NCBI GenBank assembly: GCA_963798625.1
Contig: CAWCUA010000005.1
Location: forward strand, 58,423 to 122,422
Reading direction: 5' to 3'
Source of the DNA: an uncultured Actinomycetota bacterium
GTDB lineage: Bacteria > Actinomycetota > Actinomycetes > Mycobacteriales > Nakamurellaceae
DNA: 64,000 bases
Shown: piece after piece, positions 55,425-64,000 of the stretch
Layout: each line of letters starts with the position of its first letter
Numbering within the stretch: position 1 is the stretch's first letter
Position numbers and translations under genes: made by a program
The notes under the pieces: model-generated
The model's database searches: none
The model's input: the letters and a program-made list of their open reading frames with translations, nothing else
Told to the model about the DNA's origin: nothing

Positions 55425-55690
55425 CGGGAGCCGCCGGGGCGGGTGACATCCCGGAACACCTTGAACGCGTACAGCAACAGCGCGATGACGACCACGATCG
55501 CCAGGCCGGCAATCGTGACGGTCAGCCACTGCGGCAGGTCCGGTTTGAGCAGCGTCACGACGATCAGGACGCCCGCGAGCAGGAGCAGCACGACGCCGGG
55601 TACCAGCGAGGGCTGCTTCGCGGGCGTCCCGGCCGGCGTCCCGTTGGGCTCCGGCGAATCGGGGCCGTCGGGGTTGGCAGGTGTGGTCAC
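55421..55690 (-). CDS. Small two-TM hypothetical membrane protein
   Basis: 89 aa, two hydrophobic helices; GTGA overlaps with the lysA stop and the hom start. Confidence 0.75.
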   Translation of the reverse strand: MTTPANPDGPDSPEPNGTPAGTPAKQPSLVPGVVLLLLAGVLIVVTLLKPDLPQWLTVTIAGLAIVVVIALLLYAFKVFRDVTRPGGSR

Positions 55691-57093
55691 CGGGTCTCCA
55701 GGAGCATCAGGTCGTCGTCGGTCTCGCGCCGCAGCAGCACCCGAGGTTCTGCATCGGTCACGGCGACCACCGCCGGGCGCGGTACCCGGTTGTAATTACT
55801 GGACATTGAATAGCAATATGCGCCGGTTGCGGCGACCGCAAGCAGATCACCGACGGCCAGGTCGGCCGGCAGGTAGCAGTCGCGGACCACGATGTCGCCG
55901 CTCTCGCAGTGCTTGCCGACGACCCGGCACAGCACGGCGTGTGCGTCCGACGATCGGGACGCCAGCGTGACGGTGTAATCGGCGTCATACAACGCGGTCC
56001 TGATGTTGTCACTCATCCCGCCGTCGACGGACACGTAACGGCGGATCAGCCCGCCGTCCAGCCGGACGTCCTTGATGGTGCCGACCTCGTAGACCGTCAC
56101 GGTGCCCGGACCGGCGATGGCCCGCCCCGGCTCGACGACGACGGAGGGCACCGTCAAGCCGGCGATCTGACATTCCCGGGTGACGATCTCCAGCAGGGAT
56201 TTCGCCATCAGGTCCGGCGCGGGCGGGTCGTCCGCCGACGTGTAGGCGATGCCCAGTCCGCCACCGAGGTCGAGCGCCACGATGGTTTCCGCCAGGTGCG
56301 GATGGTCCTCGATGATCTGCCGCAGCAGCGCAACGACCCGGTGTGCGGCGACCTCGAAGCCTGACGGGTCGAAGATCTGCGATCCGATATGCGAGTGCAA
56401 CCCGACCAACCGCAGTCCGTCGACGGCGACCACCCGCCGGACCGCTTCGGCGGCGTCCCCGCCGGCCAGCGAGAACCCGAACTTCTGGTCCTCGTGCGCG
56501 GTCGCGATGAACTCGTGGGTGTGCGCCTCGACTCCGACGGTCACCCGGATCATCACCGGGATCTGCACCTCCCGGTGCTCGGCAAGCCCTGCGAGCCTGG
56601 CGATCTCGTCGAACGAGTCGATGACGATGGCGCCGATGCCCTCCTCGACGGCGGTCGTCAGTTCACCCATCGACTTGTTCGAGCCGTGCAGGGCGATCCG
56701 CCGCGGCGGGAAACCGGCGCGCAGCGCCAGCCGCAGTTCACCGGAGCTGCACACATCCAGGGCCAGTCCCTCGTCGTCGAGCCAGTGCACGATCTCGGTG
56801 CACAGGAACGCTTTTCCCGCATAGTGCACGCTGTTCGCGCCGCCGAAGGCATTGGAAAAGTCCTGGCACCGGCTCCGGAAGTCGGCCTCGTCGATCACCA
56901 TCAACGGGGTGCCGAAACGCTCCGTCAGAGACCTGACGTCGGCGCCGGCCAAGCCCAGCGCGCCGTCCTCGAGACGCTCGGCGCCACGGGGCCACACCGC
57001 CGGGTCCAGCTTGTTGAGGTCGGCCGGTGCGCCCTCGGCGGGCCGATCGGTGTGCAGCTCGCCGGATCGGGGTCCCGCTGGATGCGCCCTCAC
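55687..57093 (-). CDS. lysA: Diaminopimelate decarboxylase
   Basis: [38 protein letters not shown]. Confidence 0.96.
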   Translation of the reverse strand: MRAHPAGPRSGELHTDRPAEGAPADLNKLDPAVWPRGAERLEDGALGLAGADVRSLTERFGTPLMVIDEADFRSRCQDFSNAFGGANSVHYAGKAFLCTEIVHWLDDEGLALDVCSSGELRLALRAGFPPRRIALHGSNKSMGELTTAVEEGIGAIVIDSFDEIARLAGLAEHREVQIPVMIRVTVGVEAHTHEFIATAHEDQKFGFSLAGGDAAEAVRRVVAVDGLRLVGLHSHIGSQIFDPSGFEVAAHRVVALLRQIIEDHPHLAETIVALDLGGGLGIAYTSADDPPAPDLMAKSLLEIVTRECQIAGLTVPSVVVEPGRAIAGPGTVTVYEVGTIKDVRLDGGLIRRYVSVDGGMSDNIRTALYDADYTVTLASRSSDAHAVLCRVVGKHCESGDIVVRDCYLPADLAVGDLLAVAATGAYCYSMSSNYNRVPRPAVVAVTDAEPRVLLRRETDDDLMLLETR

Positions 57094-58743
57094 ATCCGCT
57101 CCGGGGCGGTGACGCCGAGCACGGCAAGCCCGTTGGCCAGCACCTGACGGGTTGCCGCGCAGAGCCAGAGCCGGGCAACCGTTGCAGCCGTTGGTTTCTC
57201 ATCGCCCATCGGGAGCACCCTGACCGAGTCGTAGAACTTGTGGTATCCCGATGCGAGATCTTCCAGGTAGCGCGAAACCCGATGCGGCTCACGCAGTTCC
57301 GCCGCCGTCGCCAGGACACCGGGATAGGCTGCCAGTAGCGCGATCAGCTCCGATTCCCGCGGCGTGTCGAGCAGCGCGGGGTCGTACTGCGCGCCCAGTT
57401 CGATACCGAGATCGGCGGCGTTGCGGGCCAGCGAGGCCAGCCGCGCGTGGGCGTACTGCACGTAGAACACCGGGTTGTCGCTGGTCTGCCTGGTCCACAG
57501 ATCCAGGTCGAGATCCAGTGTGGTGTCAACGGAATAGCGGATCAGCGCGAACCGTGCGGCATCGACGCCGAGCGCGTCGATCAGGTCGTCGAGGGTGATG
57601 ACGGTGCCGGCCCGCTTGCTCATCCGCAACGGCAGGCCGTCACGGACCAGGTTGACCATCTGACCGATCAGCACCTCGACCACGTCCGGGTCGTCGCCCA
57701 GCGCGGCGGCTGCCGCCTTCAACCGCGCGATGTAGCCGTGATGATCCGCGCCGAGCATGTAGATGCACAGGTCGAATCCGCGAGACCGCTTGTCCAGGAA
57801 GTACGCGAGATCACCGGCGATGTAGGCGGGCTGGCCGTCGGACTTGATCACCACCCGGTCCTTGTCGTCGCCGTACGCCGTCGACCCGAGCCACCAGGCA
57901 CCGTCGGAGAACGTCAGGTGGCCGGAGTTCTTCAATCGCTCCACGACGGCGGTGACCGCGCCCGACTGGTGCAGCGAGTCCTCGTGGAAGTAGACGTCGA
58001 AGTCGGTCCGGAATTCGTGCAGCGTGGCCTTGATCTCGTCGAACATCAGGTCGACGCCCTCACGCTGATACAGCGCGATGGCATCGGCGTCCGGAAGTTG
58101 CGGCGCCTCGGGGTGTGCGGTGGTCACCCGCTCGGCGATCTCACCGATGTAGTCGCCGCCGTAACCATCCTCGGGCGCCGGCAGGCCGCGCGCAGCGGCG
58201 AGCAGGGACCGGGCGAACCGTTCGATCTGTGCACCCGCGTCGTTGAAGTAGTACTCACGGACGACTGTCGCGCCCTGGGTGCGTCAGGATCCGACCCAGC
58301 GCATCCCCGACGGCCGCCCAGCGGGCGCCGCCGATGTGGATCGGGCCGGTCGGGTTGGCGGAGACGAATTCGAGGTTGACCTGCCGGCCGGCCAGCGCCT
58401 CGCCACTTCCGTAGGACTCACCGGCGTTGACGATGGCCCCGACGAGCGCGCCGGCGGCGGCGGTGTCCAGGGTGATGTTCACGAATCCCGGGCCGGCCAC
58501 CTGCACGTCCGCAATCCCAGGGGTACCAACCAGGTGCCGGCGGAGGACCTCGGCGATCTCCCGCGGCGGGCGACCGACCGCCTTGCCGAGCTTCAGTGCG
58601 ATCGGGCTGGCGTAGTCGCCGTGATCGCGGGACCGGGGGCGGTCCAGCGGTACCTCGTCCGGAACGTCGACTGTCAGCTCGCCTGCAGCCACCGCCGCCG
58701 CCAGGGCATCACGGATCGCATCGGCCAATTGCGCGGGATTCAC
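57090..58743 (-). CDS. argS: Arginyl-tRNA synthetase, apparent +1 frameshift near 58282
   Basis: [19 protein letters not shown] (HIGH), [30 protein letters not shown]; 1654 nt = 3n+1. Confidence 0.95.
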
Positions 58744-58923
58744 CCGATCATTCTAGGAAGGCAGCCGCGCGCCGAATGACCATCTCCTACCCCGACAGCG
58801 TCCGTTCACACGGACGCCACGAGTCCGACCCGTAGACTCCGCACCGTCCACGACGGACGCGTGCACGGCGAGGGGGCCGCGCCGGCAGTCGACATTCAGC
58901 GATCGAACGAGGTTTGTTTCTTC

Positions 58924-59862
58924 ATGATGGCCAGCGGCAGTAACGCCAAAAGGACCCGGAAACCGGCTCCCGTCGTCAGCAAGAGCGGGGGTCCGCCGTG
59001 GGTGACCATCGGCGCGGTCGCGGTCGTGCTGGCGCTCGCGGTCGGCATTTTTGTCGTGGTCCTGAACCAGACCCGGTCGAACGAGCAGGCGCAGAACGCA
59101 CTCGCACCCTGGACGCCGTCCGAGGAGAACCGCGATCCCTCGACCGGCATCGAAGGCATCTACATCGGGGCCAGCACACCGGCGACCGCGGAGACGCCGG
59201 CCACCTACATCGACTACAAAGCAGCCGTGCACATCACCGCTGACCAACGCGTCGCCTACAACCGCTTTCCGCCGGTGGGCGGGCCACACGACGGCACCTG
59301 GGCCAACTGCAACGGCATCGTCTACACCCAGGCCGTGCGCAACGAGAACATGGTGCACACCCTCGAACACGGCGCGGTGTGGATCACCTACAACCCGGAC
59401 ACGATCTCCCCGGCCGATCTGACCACGCTGCAGGGCCTGGTGGAGAACCAGCCGTTCATGTCGCTGACGCCCTATCCCGGCCTGGACAGCAAGATCTCGC
59501 TGCAGGCCTGGGCCCACCAGCTCAAGCTCGACTCGGCCTCCGACCCGCGGGTCCAGCAGTTCATCACCGCGCTGCGGCAGAACCGCTGGGTGTATCCGGA
59601 GACCGGTGCGACGTGTCAGCAACCGAGCTTCGACGTGGCCAACCCGCCGGCCTTCGACCAGACACCGCCCGGCGCCGATGCGATCCCGATGAGCGGAGTC
59701 GGCGGCACACCCGCCACCGGCGAGATGTCGGTGGCGGCCAGCGACGAATCCGTTGACGCCACCGCCAGCGCACCGGTGAGCAACGCCGAAGCCCCCACAG
59801 CTTCATCGGGGGCTCCGGCATCGCCCGCACCGACACCGTCGACTGCAGGGTCGTCGGGCTGA
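58924..59862 (+). CDS. DUF3105 family membrane-anchored protein
   Basis: PPVGGPH...C.GIVY...VHTLEHGAVWITY...AWAHQL...PETGATC. Confidence 0.88.
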   Translation: MMASGSNAKRTRKPAPVVSKSGGPPWVTIGAVAVVLALAVGIFVVVLNQTRSNEQAQNALAPWTPSEENRDPSTGIEGIYIGASTPATAETPATYIDYKAAVHITADQRVAYNRFPPVGGPHDGTWANCNGIVYTQAVRNENMVHTLEHGAVWITYNPDTISPADLTTLQGLVENQPFMSLTPYPGLDSKISLQAWAHQLKLDSASDPRVQQFITALRQNRWVYPETGATCQQPSFDVANPPAFDQTPPGADAIPMSGVGGTPATGEMSVAASDESVDATASAPVSNAEAPTASSGAPASPAPTPSTAGSSG

Positions 59863-60776
59863 TGTCCGCCGGGGGGGACGATCCGCAGGGCCACGGGGCA
59901 CAGTCGCAGGAGGGCGCGCCGGGTGCTGCGCCGGCCGTCGGCAACCCGGCTGTGGCTGACGCCGAAAGCAACTCTGTCGGTTCTGGCACGACGACATCGC
60001 CACCGCCGAGCCGGTTCTCTCGCGGAACACTCGTCGCGTTGATCGCCGCCGCGGCGGTCGTGCTGCTCCTGGTGGGCGCCACCCTCGGCCTGGCACTCAG
60101 CGGCAAAGTGGGCAACGCGAGCCCTGCCACGCCTGACAGCTCGTCGGTGGACGCCGGTTTCGCCCGCGACATGATCGTGCATCACGATCAGGGTGTGCTC
60201 ATGGCGCATTACGCGGAGCAGAACACCGACGATCAGGAAATCTCCGTGATGGCCTACGACATCGGCTATACGCAGACCGATCAGATCGGTCAGATGCAGG
60301 GTTGGCTGTCGCTGTGGGACCTGCCCGAATTCGGCGACGGCACGCACATGGGCTGGATGGGCGGGTCCATGTCGCACGGTGACATGGATTCAGGCGCAAT
60401 GGACTCAGGCGCAATGGGTTCAGGCGCAATGGGTTCAGGTGAAATGGGCGCCGGTGCAATGGCTTCGGGTTCAATGTCGGCGACGGTGGACGCCGGCTCA
60501 TCAGGGGCGTTGATGCCCGGCATGGCCACCAGCGCCGAGATCCAGAAATTGCAGGGCCTCAAAGGCAAGGAGGCTGACATCTACTTTCTGCAGCTGATGA
60601 TCCGTCACCACCAGGGCGGTGCACCGATGATGCAGTACGCCGCCGAACGCGCGACCAACCCGGTGGTCCGGAACTTCGCCGGCAAGATGGCGCAATCCCA
60701 GGCAGCTGAGATCACCGTCATGACGCAGATGCTGGCCGAGCGGGGCGCTACGCCGCTGCCGGCACCGACCGGCTGA
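59862..60776 (+). CDS. DUF305 (CopM-like ferritin-fold) protein
   Basis: DAGFARDMIVHHDQG, MPGMAT, FLQLMIRHHQGG; Met-rich AMxSG repeats. Confidence 0.9.
   Translation: MSAGGDDPQGHGAQSQEGAPGAAPAVGNPAVADAESNSVGSGTTTSPPPSRFSRGTLVALIAAAAVVLLLVGATLGLALSGKVGNASPATPDSSSVDAGFARDMIVHHDQGVLMAHYAEQNTDDQEISVMAYDIGYTQTDQIGQMQGWLSLWDLPEFGDGTHMGWMGGSMSHGDMDSGAMDSGAMGSGAMGSGEMGAGAMASGSMSATVDAGSSGALMPGMATSAEIQKLQGLKGKEADIYFLQLMIRHHQGGAPMMQYAAERATNPVVRNFAGKMAQSQAAEITVMTQMLAERGATPLPAPTG
60384..60476 (+). repeat. 15-bp coding tandem repeat (MDSGA/MGSGA, about 6 copies)
   Basis: atggattcaggcgca-like units. Confidence 0.85.
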
Positions 60777-60813
60777 CGGGCTCCGCTCGCCTGTTCCCGC
60801 CTGTCGCGCTCGA

Positions 60814-61638
60814 TCAGAGTTCGAGTCCGAGGTGCGCCAGATAACGCTGCGCCGAGCGCGTCACGGCCCCCTTGGCGTCCTCGGTGACGACCTTCCCCCA
60901 CCAGGCACCGTAAATGGTGTCGAACGGCAACGGGTCAACCAACTGCACCGCCCGGCGGACCGTGTCGGGATGCTCCGGGATGTAGTTCGGGTAGCTGTAC
61001 ATGAAGCTCAGCCAACGGCGGTCCGCGACCACCTGCAGGATGTCACCGGTACACAGAGCGCCGTTGCCGGTGGGACCGTCCGACCAGTGCAGGATCGTGC
61101 CGCCGGCGAAGTGGATGCCCGCCCGCAGCAGCGTCCGCCCGGGCAGCACCTGGATCGAGTTCCCCTCCCAGAAGTGGACGGGGCCGCTGCGCTGCACCCA
61201 TTGGCGGTCGCGGGCGTGGATGTAGATCGGCGCGTTGCCGAAGGCCTCGCTCCACTGGATCATCGCGCCGTAGTAATGCGGATGGGAGATGGCGATCGCG
61301 CTGATGCCACCGAGCGCCTTGACCGCGTTGACGAGGTCGTCATCGAGATAGGTCACGCAGTCCCACAGCAGGTTTCCCCCGCTCCCGGGAACCAGCAACG
61401 CCCGCTGACCGATCGCGAACCCCGGTTCGGTGCCCACCCCTGTGAGCCCGCGGATCTCCGGTGTCACGAGTCCGCGATGACCCTCTTCACGCAGTTGCTG
61501 CTGAGTGGTCCAAGTCTGACCCGCCGGAGGGATGTACTGACGATCGTCCTCACAGATCGGACAGTGCTGCAGCGGGTGATCCGCCTCGTACTGAACTCCG
61601 CACGCACGGCAGATGGGGTAGGTCGCGTCCACGTGCAC
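60814..61638 (-). CDS. MBL-fold metallo-hydrolase with N-terminal CxxC..CxxC
   Basis: ICRACG..CPICEDDRQY, ISHPHYY, HFAGG, GDIL, YGAWW. Confidence 0.87.
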   Translation of the reverse strand: MHVDATYPICRACGVQYEADHPLQHCPICEDDRQYIPPAGQTWTTQQQLREEGHRGLVTPEIRGLTGVGTEPGFAIGQRALLVPGSGGNLLWDCVTYLDDDLVNAVKALGGISAIAISHPHYYGAMIQWSEAFGNAPIYIHARDRQWVQRSGPVHFWEGNSIQVLPGRTLLRAGIHFAGGTILHWSDGPTGNGALCTGDILQVVADRRWLSFMYSYPNYIPEHPDTVRRAVQLVDPLPFDTIYGAWWGKVVTEDAKGAVTRSAQRYLAHLGLEL

Positions 61639-61766
61639 CTCTCGCGTCGATGATCCGTCAGCCGGTGGCAGACCGAATCACCGTAGATTCGACACCTGGC
61701 CACGGCCAGTGCAATGGGATGCGTCGTCCGGACCACCCGGCTGTGTGGGGTAGAGTTTCGCATCGC

Positions 61767-61838
61767 GCCCCCGTAGCTCAGGGGATAGAGCACCGCCCTC
61801 CGGAGGCGGGTGCGCAGGTTCGAATCCTGCCGGGGGCA
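61767..61838 (+). tRNA. tRNA-Arg(CCG), CCA end not encoded
   Basis: gcccccg/cgggggc acceptor stem, tagctcaggggatagagc D-arm, ccgcc-ctCCGga-ggcgg anticodon arm, ggttcgaatcc T-arm; TAGAGT -10 upstream. Confidence 0.97.
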
Positions 61839-61856
61839 CGGGCGTCATCGCAGGTC

Positions 61857-61895
61857 AAGCCGCTTTCCGCATCTGTCGGAGGCGGCTTTCTTGTT
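61857..61895 (+). terminator. Terminator after the tRNA
   Basis: aagccgc(tt)tccg...cggaggcggctt followed by tcttgtt. Confidence 0.7.
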
Positions 61896-62479
61896 CACTC
61901 TGCCTTCTTCGTCGAGAATGAAAACCCTTGCCGGTGAAGCCGCCAGACACCGATCCTGCTGGCGCCGCTGGAACGTCGGACCGCGATGGCGTCCAGTGAT
62001 GTGGGGACGAGATTGGGCGGTCGCGGCCAGCCCGCCGCGCTCGTAGTAGCGCTCGCCACTCAGTGACGGCGACGGCGAGTACCGGCGCGCCGCCGCTCCT
62101 CTCGCCGCGGTACTCGCCGGGCGGTTCAGCAGCCTGCAGGCCGGCTGAATCCGTCGAGCGCCGCCACGGCGATCTCGTCAACACCGGCCGTGCCCCGCCT
62201 GACACCGAAAGCTGTTGTCGCAGGCGACGAGCGACTCGTTGACGGCAGTCAACGAACACGGGGCCTCCACTGCCGCCGGCACGGACACACACGCAGGTCG
62301 TCCCAGGCAAGTCCATTCACGTCAGCGTTCACGTCAACGTTCAGGTCAGCGTGGTGCGGTCATGGCTGTCTCCCGTCTGCTCGACGCAGCGCATCCATCG
62401 TCATCCGGTTCAGCGCCAACGGTCAGGACGCTCGAGGCGCCCGCGCGAGATGACCACGGCTCGGAATCTGAACGACCTC

Positions 62480-62524
62480 TTGTCATCCGGCAGCGCAGGA
62501 CTTAGAATTAGTACATACGTTCGA
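62480..62524 (+). promoter_or_regulatory. SigA-type promoter with adjacent LexA (SOS) box-like site
   Basis: TTGTCA-N17-TAGAAT (62480-62508) immediately followed by TAGTAC-ATAC-GTTCGA (62509-62524); consensus TCGAAC-N4-GTTCGA. Confidence 0.7.
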
Positions 62525-62538
62525 GTCAGGAGAGTGGA

Positions 62539-64000
62539 ATGCCACCACTTGCGCCAGGTGATGCCACCGCCGCTGGTTGGTCGGCGATGTCCGCGGGCAC
62601 GCCCGACTCGACCACACTGGCTGCCGTCGAAGGAGCCGACCCGACTCGATTGGCGCCGGCGCAATTGGTCGACGCTCTGAAGTGCTGCGAGCGCCTCCTT
62701 TCCCACGTCGCCGGATTGCAGGTGACGCTCCTGACCGAATTCGCGCGGCCAGGCAGATCCGGTGATATCAGCCGAATGGTGCAGGCGACCAGTGAGGTCG
62801 GTGGTCTCGCGTGTGACGCGGAAGGCCATATCAATACGGACATCCTGAGTGCCATCGTGACCGACCATTCACATGGAATGGCGGCAGCGGAGCTGGCCGC
62901 GACCCTGAACATCGCTCCCATCACGGCTCGACACCGTGTGGAGTCCGCTGTCGACCTTCACGATCGGCTGCCGCAGACTCACCGTGCCTTGACCGATGGA
63001 GCCGTGGATCGGAACCGAGCAACGCTGATCGCCGAATGCACCAGCACCTTGGACGGCGAGCTGTGCCTCGAGGTCGAGAAGCGGGTGCTCACCTTCGTTC
63101 CCGGTCGCACGGCGGGGCGGCTTCGCCCACTGATCGAGCGGGCCGTGCTGATCGCAGACCCCGACACTGCACGGAAGCGCATCGAGAAGGCCAAACGCGG
63201 AAGGGAAGTCACTCACCGGCCGACCAAAGATCAGATGAGCCTGATCAAAGCCGTCCTCCCGGCTGAAGGTGCGGTGACCGTCTTCACCTTGATCGATCTG
63301 ATCGCCGGGTCGACCGCTGGTACGGGTGAGGACCGATCGGTTGCGGAACGGCGGGCGGACGCTCTCACCGATGTCGCGACGCACCTTCTCACGCACGGCC
63401 ACCTTGACCTTCGGGGCGTGTTGCCGGTTGCTACCGACGTTGCCAACCCCGGCGGGTCCATGGACGCCGCGCGCGACCATGGCGGCACTGGCGCCGACGA
63501 CGCGAACGCCGGTGGACACAGCCGCGTCGGTGAACACAGCCGCGTCGGTGAACACAGCGACGCCGGTGAACACAGCGACGCCGGTGAACACAGCGACGCC
63601 GGTGAACACAGCGACGGTGAATTCACCGCCATTGACGAAAGCGGTCCGACGGAGTCGAAACGACGTCCAATTGAATCCGAGGGGAACAATCCACGACGGT
63701 CACCCAGACGGAAGGGCGATCGGACAGGACAGCTCACCCGGCAGGGCCGCCGACCGCATCTGACCGTGACGATGTCGCTGTCGACCCTGATGGCACTCGA
63801 TCAGCTGCCGGCTCACCTCGAGGGCTACGGGGCGATCACCGCGGAACTCGGGACGGCGATCGCGTCAGCGGCGGCCAGCGTCAGCATCGCCGTCATCGAT
63901 CCGCATACCGGCACACCGGAGCACGCCAGCGGCCGATTCGGGTACCGGCCCAGTCAGAAACAGCGCGACATCGTGACGACTCTCGCGGCCACGTGCCGCT
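62539..64000 (+). CDS. DUF222 (13E12 repeat family)/HNH endonuclease-type protein, runs off the window end
   Basis: Not in the ORF track (no stop in window). AGGAGAG RBS; AAAELAATLNI...RLPQTHRALTDGAVD...RRADAL...PHLTVTMSLSTLM...HLEGYGAI...YRPS...TCR; the HNH motif itself is expected beyond the window. Confidence 0.82.
   Translation, partial: MPPLAPGDATAAGWSAMSAGTPDSTTLAAVEGADPTRLAPAQLVDALKCCERLLSHVAGLQVTLLTEFARPGRSGDISRMVQATSEVGGLACDAEGHINTDILSAIVTDHSHGMAAAELAATLNIAPITARHRVESAVDLHDRLPQTHRALTDGAVDRNRATLIAECTSTLDGELCLEVEKRVLTFVPGRTAGRLRPLIERAVLIADPDTARKRIEKAKRGREVTHRPTKDQMSLIKAVLPAEGAVTVFTLIDLIAGSTAGTGEDRSVAERRADALTDVATHLLTHGHLDLRGVLPVATDVANPGGSMDAARDHGGTGADDANAGGHSRVGEHSRVGEHSDAGEHSDAGEHSDAGEHSDGEFTAIDESGPTESKRRPIESEGNNPRRSPRRKGDRTGQLTRQGRRPHLTVTMSLSTLMALDQLPAHLEGYGAITAELGTAIASAAASVSIAVIDPHTGTPEHASGRFGYRPSQKQRDIVTTLAATCR
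63511..63620 (+). repeat. 18-bp coding tandem repeat x6 (GEHSRV/GEHSDA)
   Basis: ggtgaacacagcgacgcc-like units. Confidence 0.92.

Noticed and set aside
61767-62540. Prophage or genomic island integrated at tRNA-Arg
   Set aside because: No integrase and no att duplication visible within the window
63511-63620. Possible CRISPR array
   Set aside because: Units are contiguous 18-bp in-frame repeats without unique spacers, and there are no cas genes; the same applies to the other tandem repeats

Overview
High-GC actinobacterial chromosome segment; gene content and order suggest a Nakamurella/Frankia/Pseudonocardia-like organism (inference). It is almost entirely core genome. Three blocks syntenic with M. 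tuberculosis are joined: (i) mrp-tatB-htrA-rseA-sigE-O-methyltransferase-glgC/glgM-DUF3117-tag-folP2; (ii) adnAB-ATL-moeZ-DUF3152-TetR-DUF3107; (iii) nucS-murA-atp operon-wecA-tsaC-prmC-prfA-rpmE-rho-thrB-thrC-hom-lysA-argS. These are followed by tRNA-Arg(CCG) and a truncated DUF222/HNH-type gene with an SOS-box-like site. No CRISPR array, integrase or transposase is visible. The best candidates for undescribed biology are: a strongly structured ~230 nt putative ncRNA with its own terminator between wecA and tsaC (45246-45476); a triplicated ATGA stop/start junction that creates two 5-codon relay ORFs coupling wecA to the atp operon (43942-43987); and an orphan type VII-secretion-like pair (100-aa protein plus WXG-like/alpha-beta hydrolase) behind a structured leader (28727-30925). 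Six +1 frameshifts in rpmE, rho (three), thrB and argS between 48.5 and 58.3 kb are most likely sequencing or assembly errors. All calls come from reading the sequence; no database searches were run.
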